DNA of 64,000 nucleotides from the NCBI GenBank assembly GCA_028534125.1, contig CM052818.1, positions 16,742,001 to 16,806,000 of the forward strand. The letters are read 5' to 3'. Origin of the DNA: Lama glama. Its lineage: Eukaryota. A model generated the notes under the pieces. That model had not been told where the DNA came from and ran no database searches. It was given only the letters and a program-made list of their open reading frames with translations. The position numbers and the translations under genes were made by a program. Below, piece by piece: positions 52,481 to 64,000 of the stretch (its first letter is position 1; every line of letters begins with the position of its first letter).

Positions 52481-52558
52481 TGCCCTTACCTGTTGCGTAA
52501 ATAATGGTTTTCTAAGATGCAACTGCACATTGTACTACCTGGGAATTAGGATCTAGGT

Positions 52559-52836
52559 CGGGGGTAGTCAGCAGACTACGGTTCAAGGTTAGGCAAACTA
52601 TGATTTATAGTCACATAGACCATTGGGCTAAAATCTGGCTCAATACCTGTTTTACTTTTTTTAATAAAGTTTTTTTTTTTAATGGAATACAGCCATATAC
52701 ATTTGTGTATGTATTGTTTGTGACTGCTTTGACACTGCCATGATAGAGCTGAAGTAGTTGCAACAAAGATCATATGGCCTGTAAATCTTAAAGTACTCAC
52801 TATCTGGCCCTTTATAGAGAAGTTTGCAAACTCCTC
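52559..52836 (+). mobile_element. MER58A hAT MITE
   Basis: aataaagtttt..atggaatacagccat...gagctgaagtagttgcaacaaagatcatatggcc...tatctggccctttatagagaagtttgc; TSD atctaggt/atctagat. Confidence 0.9.
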
Positions 52837-53379
52837 ATCTAGATCCTGACCTGAAGTAGAGGCTGTATGTAGATGTTACAATGCTGTTTATATTACACTG
52901 TGTTTGTAAATGTGTAGTAGTGAACAGAAAACACCAAGGTAATTCCAAAAAAGAAACTTACATTTGTACTGATGGTGTAAATGGCCCTGTGCATTAATTA
53001 TGGGTTCTAGCACACTGCAGCACCAGCTGAGTCTGTATCCTTCAAGCACAGGGTTATTTAATTATTGCTGCAAGAGACTTTAATCAAGCCCTTCTTATAG
53101 AAAACAAACAAATGATTAGCCTTTACATGGCAGGCATAAATAGGAATTTGACTCATGAATTTCCTAATTATACTGCACCGTTTTGGAAATCAGTTGGCAT
53201 TCAAATTCTTGCTGTTACTCTGTATATAATTTCCTTTTGCAAGATAAAAGTATAGGGTAAAAAAAATAGTGTTTAAATATGTTAAGATTAAAGTTAGATT
53301 TAATTAAATTTTTTTTCCCCTGTTTGCTCTTACAGAATGATTTAATAGAATTAGGGAAATAATTAATTGGTTGTCCATT

Positions 53380-53600
53380 ACATATCAGCTACATGTTTCA
53401 CATTTTATATGAGTCTTACTAATTTATTCTTAAAATAATCCTATGAGGCAGGTTTCATTATTTTTCATTTTAAATATGAAGGAATTAAGGCTCAGAATGT
53501 GAAATGACCTGCCCAGTGTCCCATTAGAAAGTAGTTTGTGATGGAGTCCTCATTAGGACTGGAATTCCTAATCTCTCAGCCTAGCTGTGGATTTCTGCTG
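53380..53600 (-). mobile_element. MIR SINE
   Basis: aatcctatgaggcagg...gaaggaattaaggctcaga..aaatgacctgccca. Confidence 0.7.
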
Positions 53601-56600
53601 CTGTGCCTGCTGCCTCAGCCAAGAGGCCAAGGCCCATTTTCCATCCTCTCTGGAACCAGTACTTAAAAGGGATCAGCTCTTCCATTTTTTTGTTGTGCTT
53701 TTAGTTGTGCATAACAGCTGGCAAGTTAAAGGCACATCCCCCAGTTTTATAGCATTAGGTTATCTTGCTCACTGTTTTAGCCATGTGAAAAATCAATTCT
53801 GAAATAAGATCTACAAGTTTCTTTTTAATTATATTTAAACAAAAACAATCAAACTCTGCATATTTTGAATACTAAAGACAATTTTGATTTTATCAGATAG
53901 AAATTAGTTCTTAAATGTCTCCTCTCCAGTCCCTTCCATCATTTGTCAGAAATCAAATGTCAAGGTCCTCCACAAATGAAATTTGCTTCTTAAGCAACTG
54001 TCCTTAGGAGTTCCCTGGAAAAATTAGGAAGTACACCTGCAAGAAATTATTTCCTTTTCTTTACTATTTTCTAACATGTTTTTAGTATCTCTGCAACATG
54101 TATTATTTTCTGAGAGTAATTTCACAGTGCATTTTTCTTTACTTTTTTTGTGGAAGGCTGATCTGGGCTAGATCATGAACCTTCTTTTATTTTCCCAGTT
54201 CTGCACAGAAGTTCTTCACAGATAGAAATTTTTATTGAGATGATTGCTTCTCATTCAGATCTTTATAAGGCCTATAGAATATTTCTTAGGACATGATTCT
54301 TGATGGGAAAAGTTACTTGGAGAAGGCTAGTCTTGGTTAGGATCATAATCCAGTGCTAGGTTTTATAGAACATTTTCATTTTTATAGAACGTTCTGTTGG
54401 ACAGGACTGGTCTAGAAAGAAGCCTAGAAATGTTCTTGGACAGTATGTCTGGTTGTTTGTGTATTAGTAGCTTATGTATTAGTCTTATGTATTAGTAGCC
54501 CCTCTGGGCCTGACTATTTCATCTGTAAAATGAAAGTAAGATTATATGTAAACCCCATTGTTACGTGAAGCAGACAAATTTTAAATGTCTCAAATTTTGA
54601 ATTTACTTGCAATTTCTGATATATGTGGTTTCATATGCCCTTTTGGGGAAGGGTTAGTTAATTGATTATTTCTGATTATTTTTTCAAGCCTTTCAGTATA
54701 GGAATCTGTCAGCAAGAAAATTAGAATTCCAGTTTCTTCTTTAAAATTCATGTGAAAAGAAAACAGATTTTAGCCAAGTTTGTATTACTACCTTTAGTTA
54801 GGGAGCATGCAGCTTTGGTCTGGTGTGCTAGATGAAATCTTTTTAAGCTACTTTGATTGTTATTGATACCATTCCTTTTGGAGTTATATTCAAAGTTGTG
54901 ACGCAGAGGCCAGTTAACCAAAGTGTTATCACGTGTTATGAAAATAGGCCTTTGATTTGATTTTTTTCACCTATTATACAAGGTAATATTCATTTCAGTT
55001 TTGAAATTCTAAAACTCTATAAATTTCTAAATACCATTGCACTTTAAGTTCATTGTTTTTAAGAAGATAAATTCAGACAGAATTTCAGGAACCATAAATA
55101 GGATTAACTAACAAATAGGAAATAATTATACTTCGTAGTGTGTTGTAGTTGAAGCTAGACCTTGTATAGTAATATCTTCATAGGAATGTCACCTAAACTT
55201 TAATCAACTACTGTATGATTCTGTGCAATGGATGATTCAGTTATTTCTGCTGCCTGAGTTAACTACAGTAAGGAAAAGTATTCTAATCAACGTACATCCT
55301 ATCGGATCCAGAAGATGTTTACCACATTTACCAGATCAGCATCCTTAAAGGCAGTGTTTAGAGGTAACTAAAGAAAACTTCAAATTATATGTTTCTCATA
55401 TACATAAGTCATGTAGTTATTTTGAATTGTTTTAATTGGATGGAGCATTTTAGTTTAATAATTACACATCAGGTACCATGATGACCAACTTAAGTGAAAC
55501 CCAAAATTAATTGTTTAGTCCAAAATGTAAAGAATGCCACTTTAAATACCTTTCTGATTTTTAAAGTTTATCAGTGCAAAATTTGTAGAAAAATGAAAAT
55601 TTATTTGAGGTCATCTTAAAATGTCACTACTCTAATCATATTGAAGATTCACATCCGCTTTATACAAATACATGAGCTTGACACATCTCACAAAATTAAT
55701 AAATCATAAAACTTATTTAAATTATAGAGTAAATTTGATTGTTATAATTTCAATACAATCATTTAATTTACTTAAGTATTTGTTTTTACTAATATTATAG
55801 AGATATCACGAAACGTTAGGTTACATTCAGGAAACAATGCTCGTATTTCACAGAAGATTTTTTTTTTTTTAAAGAAGCTCCATAATAAGAAACTTTTTAC
55901 TGGAGTTACCTGCATTCCATTTTTTTTTCTTTTAACTTAGAATAATTTGCTGCCTACGGATGTGCTTGATAAGCCTTTCAGTTAGATGTGATTAGTTGGA
56001 AATTTTCTAAACCTCCATATATGAAGGACATAGAATTTGGGGTCAGAAGACCTAATTTCTACCATTTAGTTATTTGATCCTCATTTAGTTCCTCATGTTT
56101 GTTGTTTGCTGTCTGCCAGGCACTGTGCTAAGAACTGTGTATAAAGTGGTGAAGAAAACAGACACTATTTGCAATACATTAGATTTTAGTGGTTACTTTC
56201 CTCTTCAGTGATCTTGCTCACATCATTATGATAATTAAATAAGTTGACAATGGTTTGTGGACTTAAGTGACGGTTGTTCTGTTCTGCTGTATCTCTGTCA
56301 TCTTCTTCATCATGATGCTGATCATCATCATTGTCAGATCTACTTAAGAAATGGCAATCCACGGAGAATTTGTTTGGAAATGCTCAATTAATGAATCTTG
56401 AACTGCCTCAGAATAATATTTTAATAGAAACTAATACTTAAGTCCTTCGATTTACTTTGCCCAAATAAAAATTCTTCCAGTTGTTAAAGTTCCTTAATTA
56501 TGATGTGAGAATTTAATAACCAAAGTTGGCCACTGTGGCAAATAAATCCTGCCTATGAAAACAGATGTACTCATCCTCATCCCACACTGCTAATTTGATA

Positions 56601-57660
56601 GAAACCAGGAAGGAAATTAAGAGAGGAAATTAATTCCTCACTGAAACACTTTTATCAAGCAACTCCTATATGTACACATCATGCTAGATGCTGAACAAAA
56701 GAAGGGGAATTGAAAAGGCAGTGCTCTGAAGCAACCTGCAGTCTGTATAAGGAAGCATTAATTATAATAATGTCATGGCTAACATCATTAAACAGGTGTT
56801 ATCTATAGATAAAATACTCTACAGTCTGCCATTATTGGATGAGTGTTTTTACATCCTTGCACTGCTATGAGCCACAGCCTCTCTATGGAACAAGTTAAAC
56901 ATTTAGCAAATGAGAAAATTAAAGACATGTAAAAAATGTGTCTAGCTTCCTAAAACTGATTTGTGGTGACAGAGCCTAGAAGGAGCCTAAATCCAGGCTC
57001 CTTCTCCATTCCAATTCCTTCTTCAGGGAGAATGAGGTAAAACATTCAAGTACTGCATATTGTAGGAAATGCCTAGATTCTCCAAGGATTTCTAGCTTCT
57101 TAGAGATTCAGTGTCTTTATTGACCCTGACAATTTGTTCAAATCACTTTTTTCTCTCACTCAATGAGTATTTTCATACATATTTACAAACTTTAAGGTGT
57201 TTGATTTAATTATCTTATATTAATAGGCCCATTTAAAATTATCAAGTATATTCTCTCAAACTCTATCCAGAATAGTTTCCATATGACTCTCAGAGAAGCA
57301 TATTAACTAAAACAAACAAAAAAAGAATGAAGCCATCTATTCAGTAGTTCAAAAAGCAGTGACCTTTTGTACTCTCTTTCCATTGGGTTTTGTAAACATT
57401 ACTTGCAACATTACACATTTTGAATATAATTTACTTTCAATAGCTATAAGGTACACGTTTCCTAAGCTACTAGGTACTGCCATGAGCTACATTTGCTGGC
57501 AGGTATTAGCCATTCCATGTATTGTACATACTGCACAACTAGTTTTTTTTCTTTTTCAGTTACTGCAATAATATCAGAAATCGATTTAAGTTTTTACGTC
57601 ATCTTTATTGGTTTTTGTACAGGTGAATTTTTCCTAGTAATACAAGATCTAAAATGGTAC

Positions 57661-58034
57661 TGTCTTAGTTCAGGCTGCCATCACAAAGTACCATAGACTT
57701 GGTGGCTTATAAAAAGTAAAAGTTTATTTCTTATGGTTCTGGAGGCTGGGAATCCAAGGTCAGGGTGCCACCAGGGTCAGGTTCTGGTGGGAGCCCTCTT
57801 TCAGGTTGAAGGCTGCCGACCTCTTGTTGAATTTTCACATGGTAGAGAGCAGAGAGGGGAGGCAAGGTCTCTCATGACTCTTACAAGGGCGCTAATACCA
57901 TTCATGAAGGTTCCACTCCTGTGACCTCATGAAACCCTAATTACCTTCCGAAGGCATCTCCTAATATCATCATACTGAAAAGTAGGGTTTCAACATATGA
58001 ATTTTAGGGGGACGTGGACATTCAGTCCATAACA
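57661..58034 (-). mobile_element. MaLR solo LTR (MLT1A0-like)
   Basis: TG...CA ends; tgtcttagttcaggctgccatcacaaagtaccatagact ... caacatatgaatttt..cattcagtccataaca. Confidence 0.92.
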
Positions 58035-60479
58035 AATTCTGAGTCAGGATGCTAGTCTGGTTTTGCAGCATGTATTTTCTTCTTTTGAAATAAGATACAT
58101 ATCTGGTTCTGTTGTATAATCTCTTTCAAGCCATTCTTATGCCAGGCTCCTGGCCTTAGATGTCAGATGACCTCAGTACCCTTTGGGAATCAACTGTCCT
58201 TTTCAGTACTTTATTTACCAGACAATAGCTCACTGGGATATCTAGATTAAATGTTATTCATTAAAATGCTGAGGCTATAAATATATTTTTGTTTCCAAGC
58301 TTACATTGACTCATATTCATTACTATGTAAAAATGGAGATTGGATGTCACTAACCAGTCATAAAAAGGGCACTTTTCTGTAATAAAGTGAACAATGTTTA
58401 ATTTTATGTCAGGCCTACATTCTTTAAATACTGAACATAGACTTGGCAAATCTACTATGAATTTTTATTGTACATCTTTTTCATTCTTTATGTGAAACTT
58501 TTTAGCCAATCATTTCATCTCCTAGATACTTTTGCCACTTTTTTCCTTTTACTATACCACAATCAGTGCTTCCATATTCAGGGTTATTTTTCTCTTCTTC
58601 CTGCTCATAGTCTTTATTTGCTTACTTAGTGCTGTGTTTGTTGTCATATAATAGCCCCCTATTATGATCTTGGACTTCTATAGAATTAGCTATGGTTTGA
58701 GCTGCCCCTGTTATCCTTTTATACATTTATATCTCTGCTATATTTCAGTGTTACAAAAATGTTGATCTTTTTATTTGCCCTTTTGGTTTATTTTCCTATA
58801 GTGTATTACTCAATAAGAGGTGTATTTTATAGGAAGGGAAGTCTGACTTATAATGTAAGAGAATTCATTGTATGAGATTATGGGATGGAGGGTACTTTTT
58901 ACTAATTTGAAAACTGCTGCTGTTATGAAACTATTATGTAAAAAACATTGTCATGATCTTGCAGATAAAAATCTGTGACAGTAATATTAAATGACCTAAT
59001 GGAGAATGCTGAAAAAAGTGTTGATGTTTAGGATGGAGCTTATGAATTGAAGTGATCATAATAGCATTCTCTGTTGCTACATGTTTTAAAGCAATATATT
59101 ATGAATTACAATTTGGTGAGATTATTTTGAAAATTAGATCTTTATCTTGGAAGTTTTTTGGGTCAAAAAAAAGATCTGCATTTCAGTAATCACAAAGCAG
59201 TTTACACAAATGTCAAGAAATAATGTTAGATCATATTCATATTACTTTATTTTAAAAAAGAAAATGAACTTTTTGAATGATGGAATTAACATTTAAATAT
59301 GCTCAACAGAGTCCAAAGAAGATAATTTTCTTTATCTTTCAGCATGTTTTCTTAAGCAGTGGATGTCCATCTCAAAAAAAGATAAGATAGGGAATTATAA
59401 GGCTACCTTAAAAGCTTTTATTTGTGGTGACTTGATTTTATGGATCAGTAAATCAAGAGATAAAGGATAGATTAATCAAGCTTATGAGTCCCTTTTCAAC
59501 ATGAGCTTGCATTCATATGGGTGTACTGAAGTACTAGATGCTAGTACAGACGTCTTTATATATGAAAATTTCAAAGATAAACAATTGACTGTACCTGTGA
59601 ACAAACTATTTTCTTCTTAGCCTGTAATATAAAACTTTATTTTAAAAGGAAAATATGAGTTTGGACAATTTATTTAGTTTTTCTTTCTACTTGTCTGTTG
59701 ATTCAGATTTTAAAAGATTAGAACTTGCAGCCCAGTTCCCAAGAGATTTACTATACAGCATGTATGTAAAAAGAATGAAAGTATTTTTCATAGTTTTAAA
59801 AATCATATTTGCATTTCATAACTAAAATGAAAAGGCAAATACACTTTATGTGACAAATTCATACTGTATTGCCTAACCCTCTAAAATATTTGGCTTGAAA
59901 TGAAAGTGGGCTTTTGTTTCAGATACTTTGAAAGGGAAGCAAAATTTTATGTGCTGCAAATGAAATAAATCCTTCCTTTAAATTTTAAAGGCAACAAGTA
60001 ATTTATGGAATAATTCTCTCTTTTATTTCTAGCAGTTAGGATGCCCATGAGTAAACACATTTACTAACCTGGGCCTGCTTATTGCCACTAAAGTAGGGCA
60101 AATATTTCATACATGTGGTTTTTGTCTAGTAATTAATTCACTCTAATAGTACAGGGAAGAAGAGTATGAAGTCAGTTTTTTTCTTCAATAAAGGAAATTA
60201 AATAGTATTACTTTTTTTTGTTGACTTCATACAATTAACAAATAAATGCAATTAAGAAAGAAGTATTTTCTCTTAAATATTTCTGCCTTCTTGCAACAAG
60301 CTCAAAGAAATCAAAAGACCAGTCTTCACACTTCTTTATTGTATTACCTTTAAAAAAGCTAGCAGTAATAGGTGCATTTTGATAGTAGTTCCAGGAACAT
60401 AGCGCAGCCGTGCTGAACACTTCAGCATCACCCTGTGTTGTTCAAATTCTTCATGTTGATTTTCTTTTTAAAACAATTT

Positions 60480-60660
60480 TTGAAATCTACACAAACTTGG
60501 ACCGGGAGCCTCAAACACTCTTGGAATCTTCTACTTTCTATTAGGGTATCTTAGGCAACTCACCCAACCACAGTGAGATAATATAAAGATTATACAAGAT
60601 AATGTTTATGAAAGTACATTTAAAGCAGTAAGACTGCCCAATAAATTAGTATATTGCATT
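60480..60660 (+). mobile_element. MIR fragment
   Basis: atcttaggcaactcacccaacc...agataatgtttatgaaagtacattt. Confidence 0.5.
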
Positions 60661-63600
60661 TCATTCTTATTTCTCTTGAACATTTGGGACAAGTTACTTG
60701 AGATCTTCATAACATCTTATAAAATATTTTATGAAAATTATATTCATTCTGATTGTCTTCTGTTTTCAAGTGATTGATTTGAAGAGTGCAATAATGTTTT
60801 GGTTTAACATAGTATTTCTGCATTATATTTAGGAGGCAGGGAATAATAGCACATTTTGTAGAAAAACCACCAACTTACAGATATTAGATTCAACCATATT
60901 AAATTACTGATATTTGACCAATTTTGATCTGAAGACAATAATTTTATGTTTCAACCTCAGGTGCTGTTGGACTAAGTGCTCTTAGTATTTGAAGAAACAG
61001 GAGAATTCTTCATAACAGCCTTCCCCCTGTTGAAATGTCCTACATTTGAAAAGATTACTAGATATTTGGTTTGTTGTAGGTAGCATTTTATTCAGCTCTG
61101 AGAGATTTCTGGAAGATTTAACATACTATCTAGTTTATTTAGGGGAAAAAAAAACCAGTTACTTCCCCCTTAAAATTATTTTCAGTGACTTCTATAAAAG
61201 TTTAAAATTAAATTAACCACAAATTATAAAACATGCAATTAATTTGACTTTTAAACAATAAAGAAAATGAAAAACTAAAAACTCTGAAGAACTGAAAGAT
61301 CCTTTTTAATATTTATTGCATTTTTCATTTCAGACTATTTGTTACATGTGCAAAGCCCCTAGTGGATTAAAGATAACATGAAATATTCCTGTTATTTTGA
61401 AATAAAGTTACATTTTTCCTTAAATACAAGAATATATGTATAATTGTCAGGTCAGTTTATATCGTATGGACCATTTTCTTCTATTCAGTATACACAAATC
61501 TCATTTGTTAAGCTCTAAATTTAGGACTTGTTTTTACAGTATGGTTGACTTAGTTATATTTTTGTACAATGTCTCCTTAATTTAATGACAAAATATGTTT
61601 TTTTTCCCTCAGAGAAATTAGATTTGTCTTAGAACCTAAGTATAGATGAGTAAAGTCAGAAGTATTTGAAAGTTTATTTGAAACTTCTCTCTAATGAAAT
61701 GGCTTGTGAAAAAACTGTCTACATCTAGCATGTGTTAGATGTCTCAAGTGAAGGGCCATTGGTGTCCTTCAGGAGACTTCACCTACTCTCTGTCTTAATA
61801 ATGGGGAACCTAGGACGCATTGTGGAGTATTCTCTGCTTGTACCATACAAGCCACAGGATGTTTCTCATTTGCTCATAAGGAAAGTTACACCTGAGTACT
61901 GGCATATCCACAAAACCATTAGAAGGGGTGATATGTTGAGGAGGTAGGTAGGGGTGTGTTTAAATTTATTTTTCCAAGAGCTTTCCTACTCTACTTCTTA
62001 AAATGTGGTGACTTTAGACTCTTAGGAAGCATTACCCCTCAGCCTTCCTTGGAGAGTAGTGTAGCAATGATTCAGCATGGATGGGAAAGTGCACAGTAAC
62101 ACCCTGCTCACTTATCTGTCAGTTCCATATCAGGAAATGTTCATTTCTCAGTAAGCACTAAAACAATACAAATGAGCACACACAGTGTAGACCATGCTCT
62201 GTTTATGGTCACTGTTAAATGCAGTGATCCTTCCCTATGTCCAGCTATTGATATGAATATAAAAGTGTTAACTTTCAAAGTTTAGATGTAGGTAAGAATT
62301 GAGGCTATAAAAGCAAAATAAAATCCTTGTAATAGTCTCTCATGAAGAGAGAACTTGAAATTGTGTACAATATAGTTCATGTGAACTATTCAATATGTAT
62401 TTTAATATGTGGACTAAGAAATATTGAATTCCATTAGGACCATTGAACAAGCAGAAGTATGTGCCACATAATTAGGCTTCCTTCTTTCTTTCTTCCTTTT
62501 TTTCCATCCTTCCTTTCTTCCTCCATTAACTAGATGAAACATTGTGAATTGAATACCACAAACCTCTTTGTAACAAAATTGGCACCTAGATGAAGCAGAA
62601 ACATAGGCAATCTCCAATTTATGAAAGTACTATTTCAAAAGTTCTTGGAATAAACAGGTTGAAACTCCTATCACATTCCCTATGGAAACAACACTGTAAG
62701 GCAAGGTAAACTTCTCAGACCACTTAGCAAAGGACTCATTAATTCCATGGTATACTTGAATCATTGCATTGTCCCCAAAGTATGGTCAGGTATTGCCCTT
62801 AACGTTCCTAGGGAAAATTGTTTTACAGTTCCAAGTGTGATTCCAGGAACATGTCTGCTGCTTCAAGTTGGTTTAGAGATACCCTTCTTTTCACTCCTGA
62901 ACAGTGAAAAGAGAGAAAAAAAATTGGCTCCCCTCTTGCTCAAGGACTAGGATCCCAGGAGGCTGGGTAGGAGTGTCATTTAGGTGAATTTACAAGTTTC
63001 TGAGTCCGCCTGTTAAAAAGCATTTGAAACTAGCCAGATTCCTGCCCAGGCTGTTTCTTTCCTTCCTTAAGCCTCCATAATGGACCTTTTTGCTTAGTTT
63101 TCTGTTTACACCTCCTCTCGGTTCTGGTTAGCTTTTCTCTTCCTCCAGCTGACTGCTGCACAGACCCACAGAATCAGTGATTTCCTCCATTTCCCAGTCC
63201 TTGAAGCATTCCCAGACTATTGAGGTTTTCTAAAAGCTTTCACTGCTAGCACCAAAAGAAAAATATAATAAAACAAAGCTCCCTCCTTTGCTAGCATGGG
63301 AACCAGACGCTACTGGAACTTGGTTCCCAAAATGAAGGGTAGAATCTTTCAAAGAAATGTGAGGGGCAAGAAAGGCGGGGGTGGACACTAGCAAGCCCCA
63401 GGTATGTAAGGAAATAAAGTCATAGTCTGCATTCCTTCTTCTGTTGCGTAGCACCAGCCACCAGTTTTGCTTACTATGTACCTCACTCACTCACCTTGGA
63501 GGGCATGGGTGGGAAGTCGCCTGCAGTACGGGCAGTTTTGATGGAGAGGAGCAGCCAAAGAAAATGAAGGGAGACAGTTAGAGGCAACTAGCAGGGATGG

Positions 63601-64000
63601 AAAGAAGCCGAAGGAGGAAAGAAAAGCCCAAGTGGTGGCAGCCTTCTTTTGGCCAATTCTTAATGTAAAACGTAGCCTATGAGTTGACTACTGCATGTAC
63701 ATTTAGATGCAGTCTTTTATATTGCTAAACTTAAACACTGATTATACAAAAAGGAGTTATTGTGGTATTTTATTCCAAACTTTAATGTATTCACTGGTCA
63801 TGATTAAACTTACGATTTTCTTTACATGGAAACGAGAACATTTTTTCTTACTCATTTCTCTTTTCCTTGAAATAGGTAATTAAGATTATGTGCAAAGAAC
63901 ATTGTTGTGACAAATTAAAATTACCATTCTTGCATTCCTATAAGCTGGGGGCCAAAGGAAAAAAGAGATTGTCGGGATGCTCTTTTGAAGTAATTTTAAA

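Noticed and set aside
54460..54499. Short repeats (tgtattagt x3) as a CRISPR-like or functional array
   Set aside because: Simple slippage duplication inside a decayed MIR-like sequence in a mammalian genome; no spacers or cas genes.
796..63490. Short ORFs (60-122 aa) in the supplied track as host genes
   Set aside because: Lengths are as expected by chance, many lie in repeats, and no consistent exon chain or recognisable host protein was found. A few minus-strand ORFs (4033, 5554, 8574, 11615) are fragments of the viral fossil.

Overview
AT-rich mammalian non-coding DNA, probably from a camelid (one tRNA-derived SINE resembling the camelid Vic-1 family at ~18.6 kb; no Alu, B1/B2, Bov-tA or PRE1 recognised). 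No host exon could be supported; most of the window is old eutherian repeats (MIR, L2, L3/CR1, L1M, hAT-Charlie/Tip100 and Tigger derivatives, one MLT1A LTR). The main result comes from hand translation of the minus strand between ~15.4 kb and ~3.0 kb. It shows collinear, heavily decayed remnants of all five major bornavirus genes in orthobornavirus order N-P-M-G-L, i.e. a near genome-length endogenous bornavirus-like element. The viral reading frames are split by several MIR SINEs, L1M fragments, an L2, a possible L3 and a Tigger1 derivative. At several insertions the viral peptide resumes at the expected position once the repeat is removed, which implies a very old integration. Viral similarities were judged by eye against BoDV-1 proteins recalled from memory, and repeat subfamilies were named from recalled consensus sequences. 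No database search was run and boundaries are approximate.
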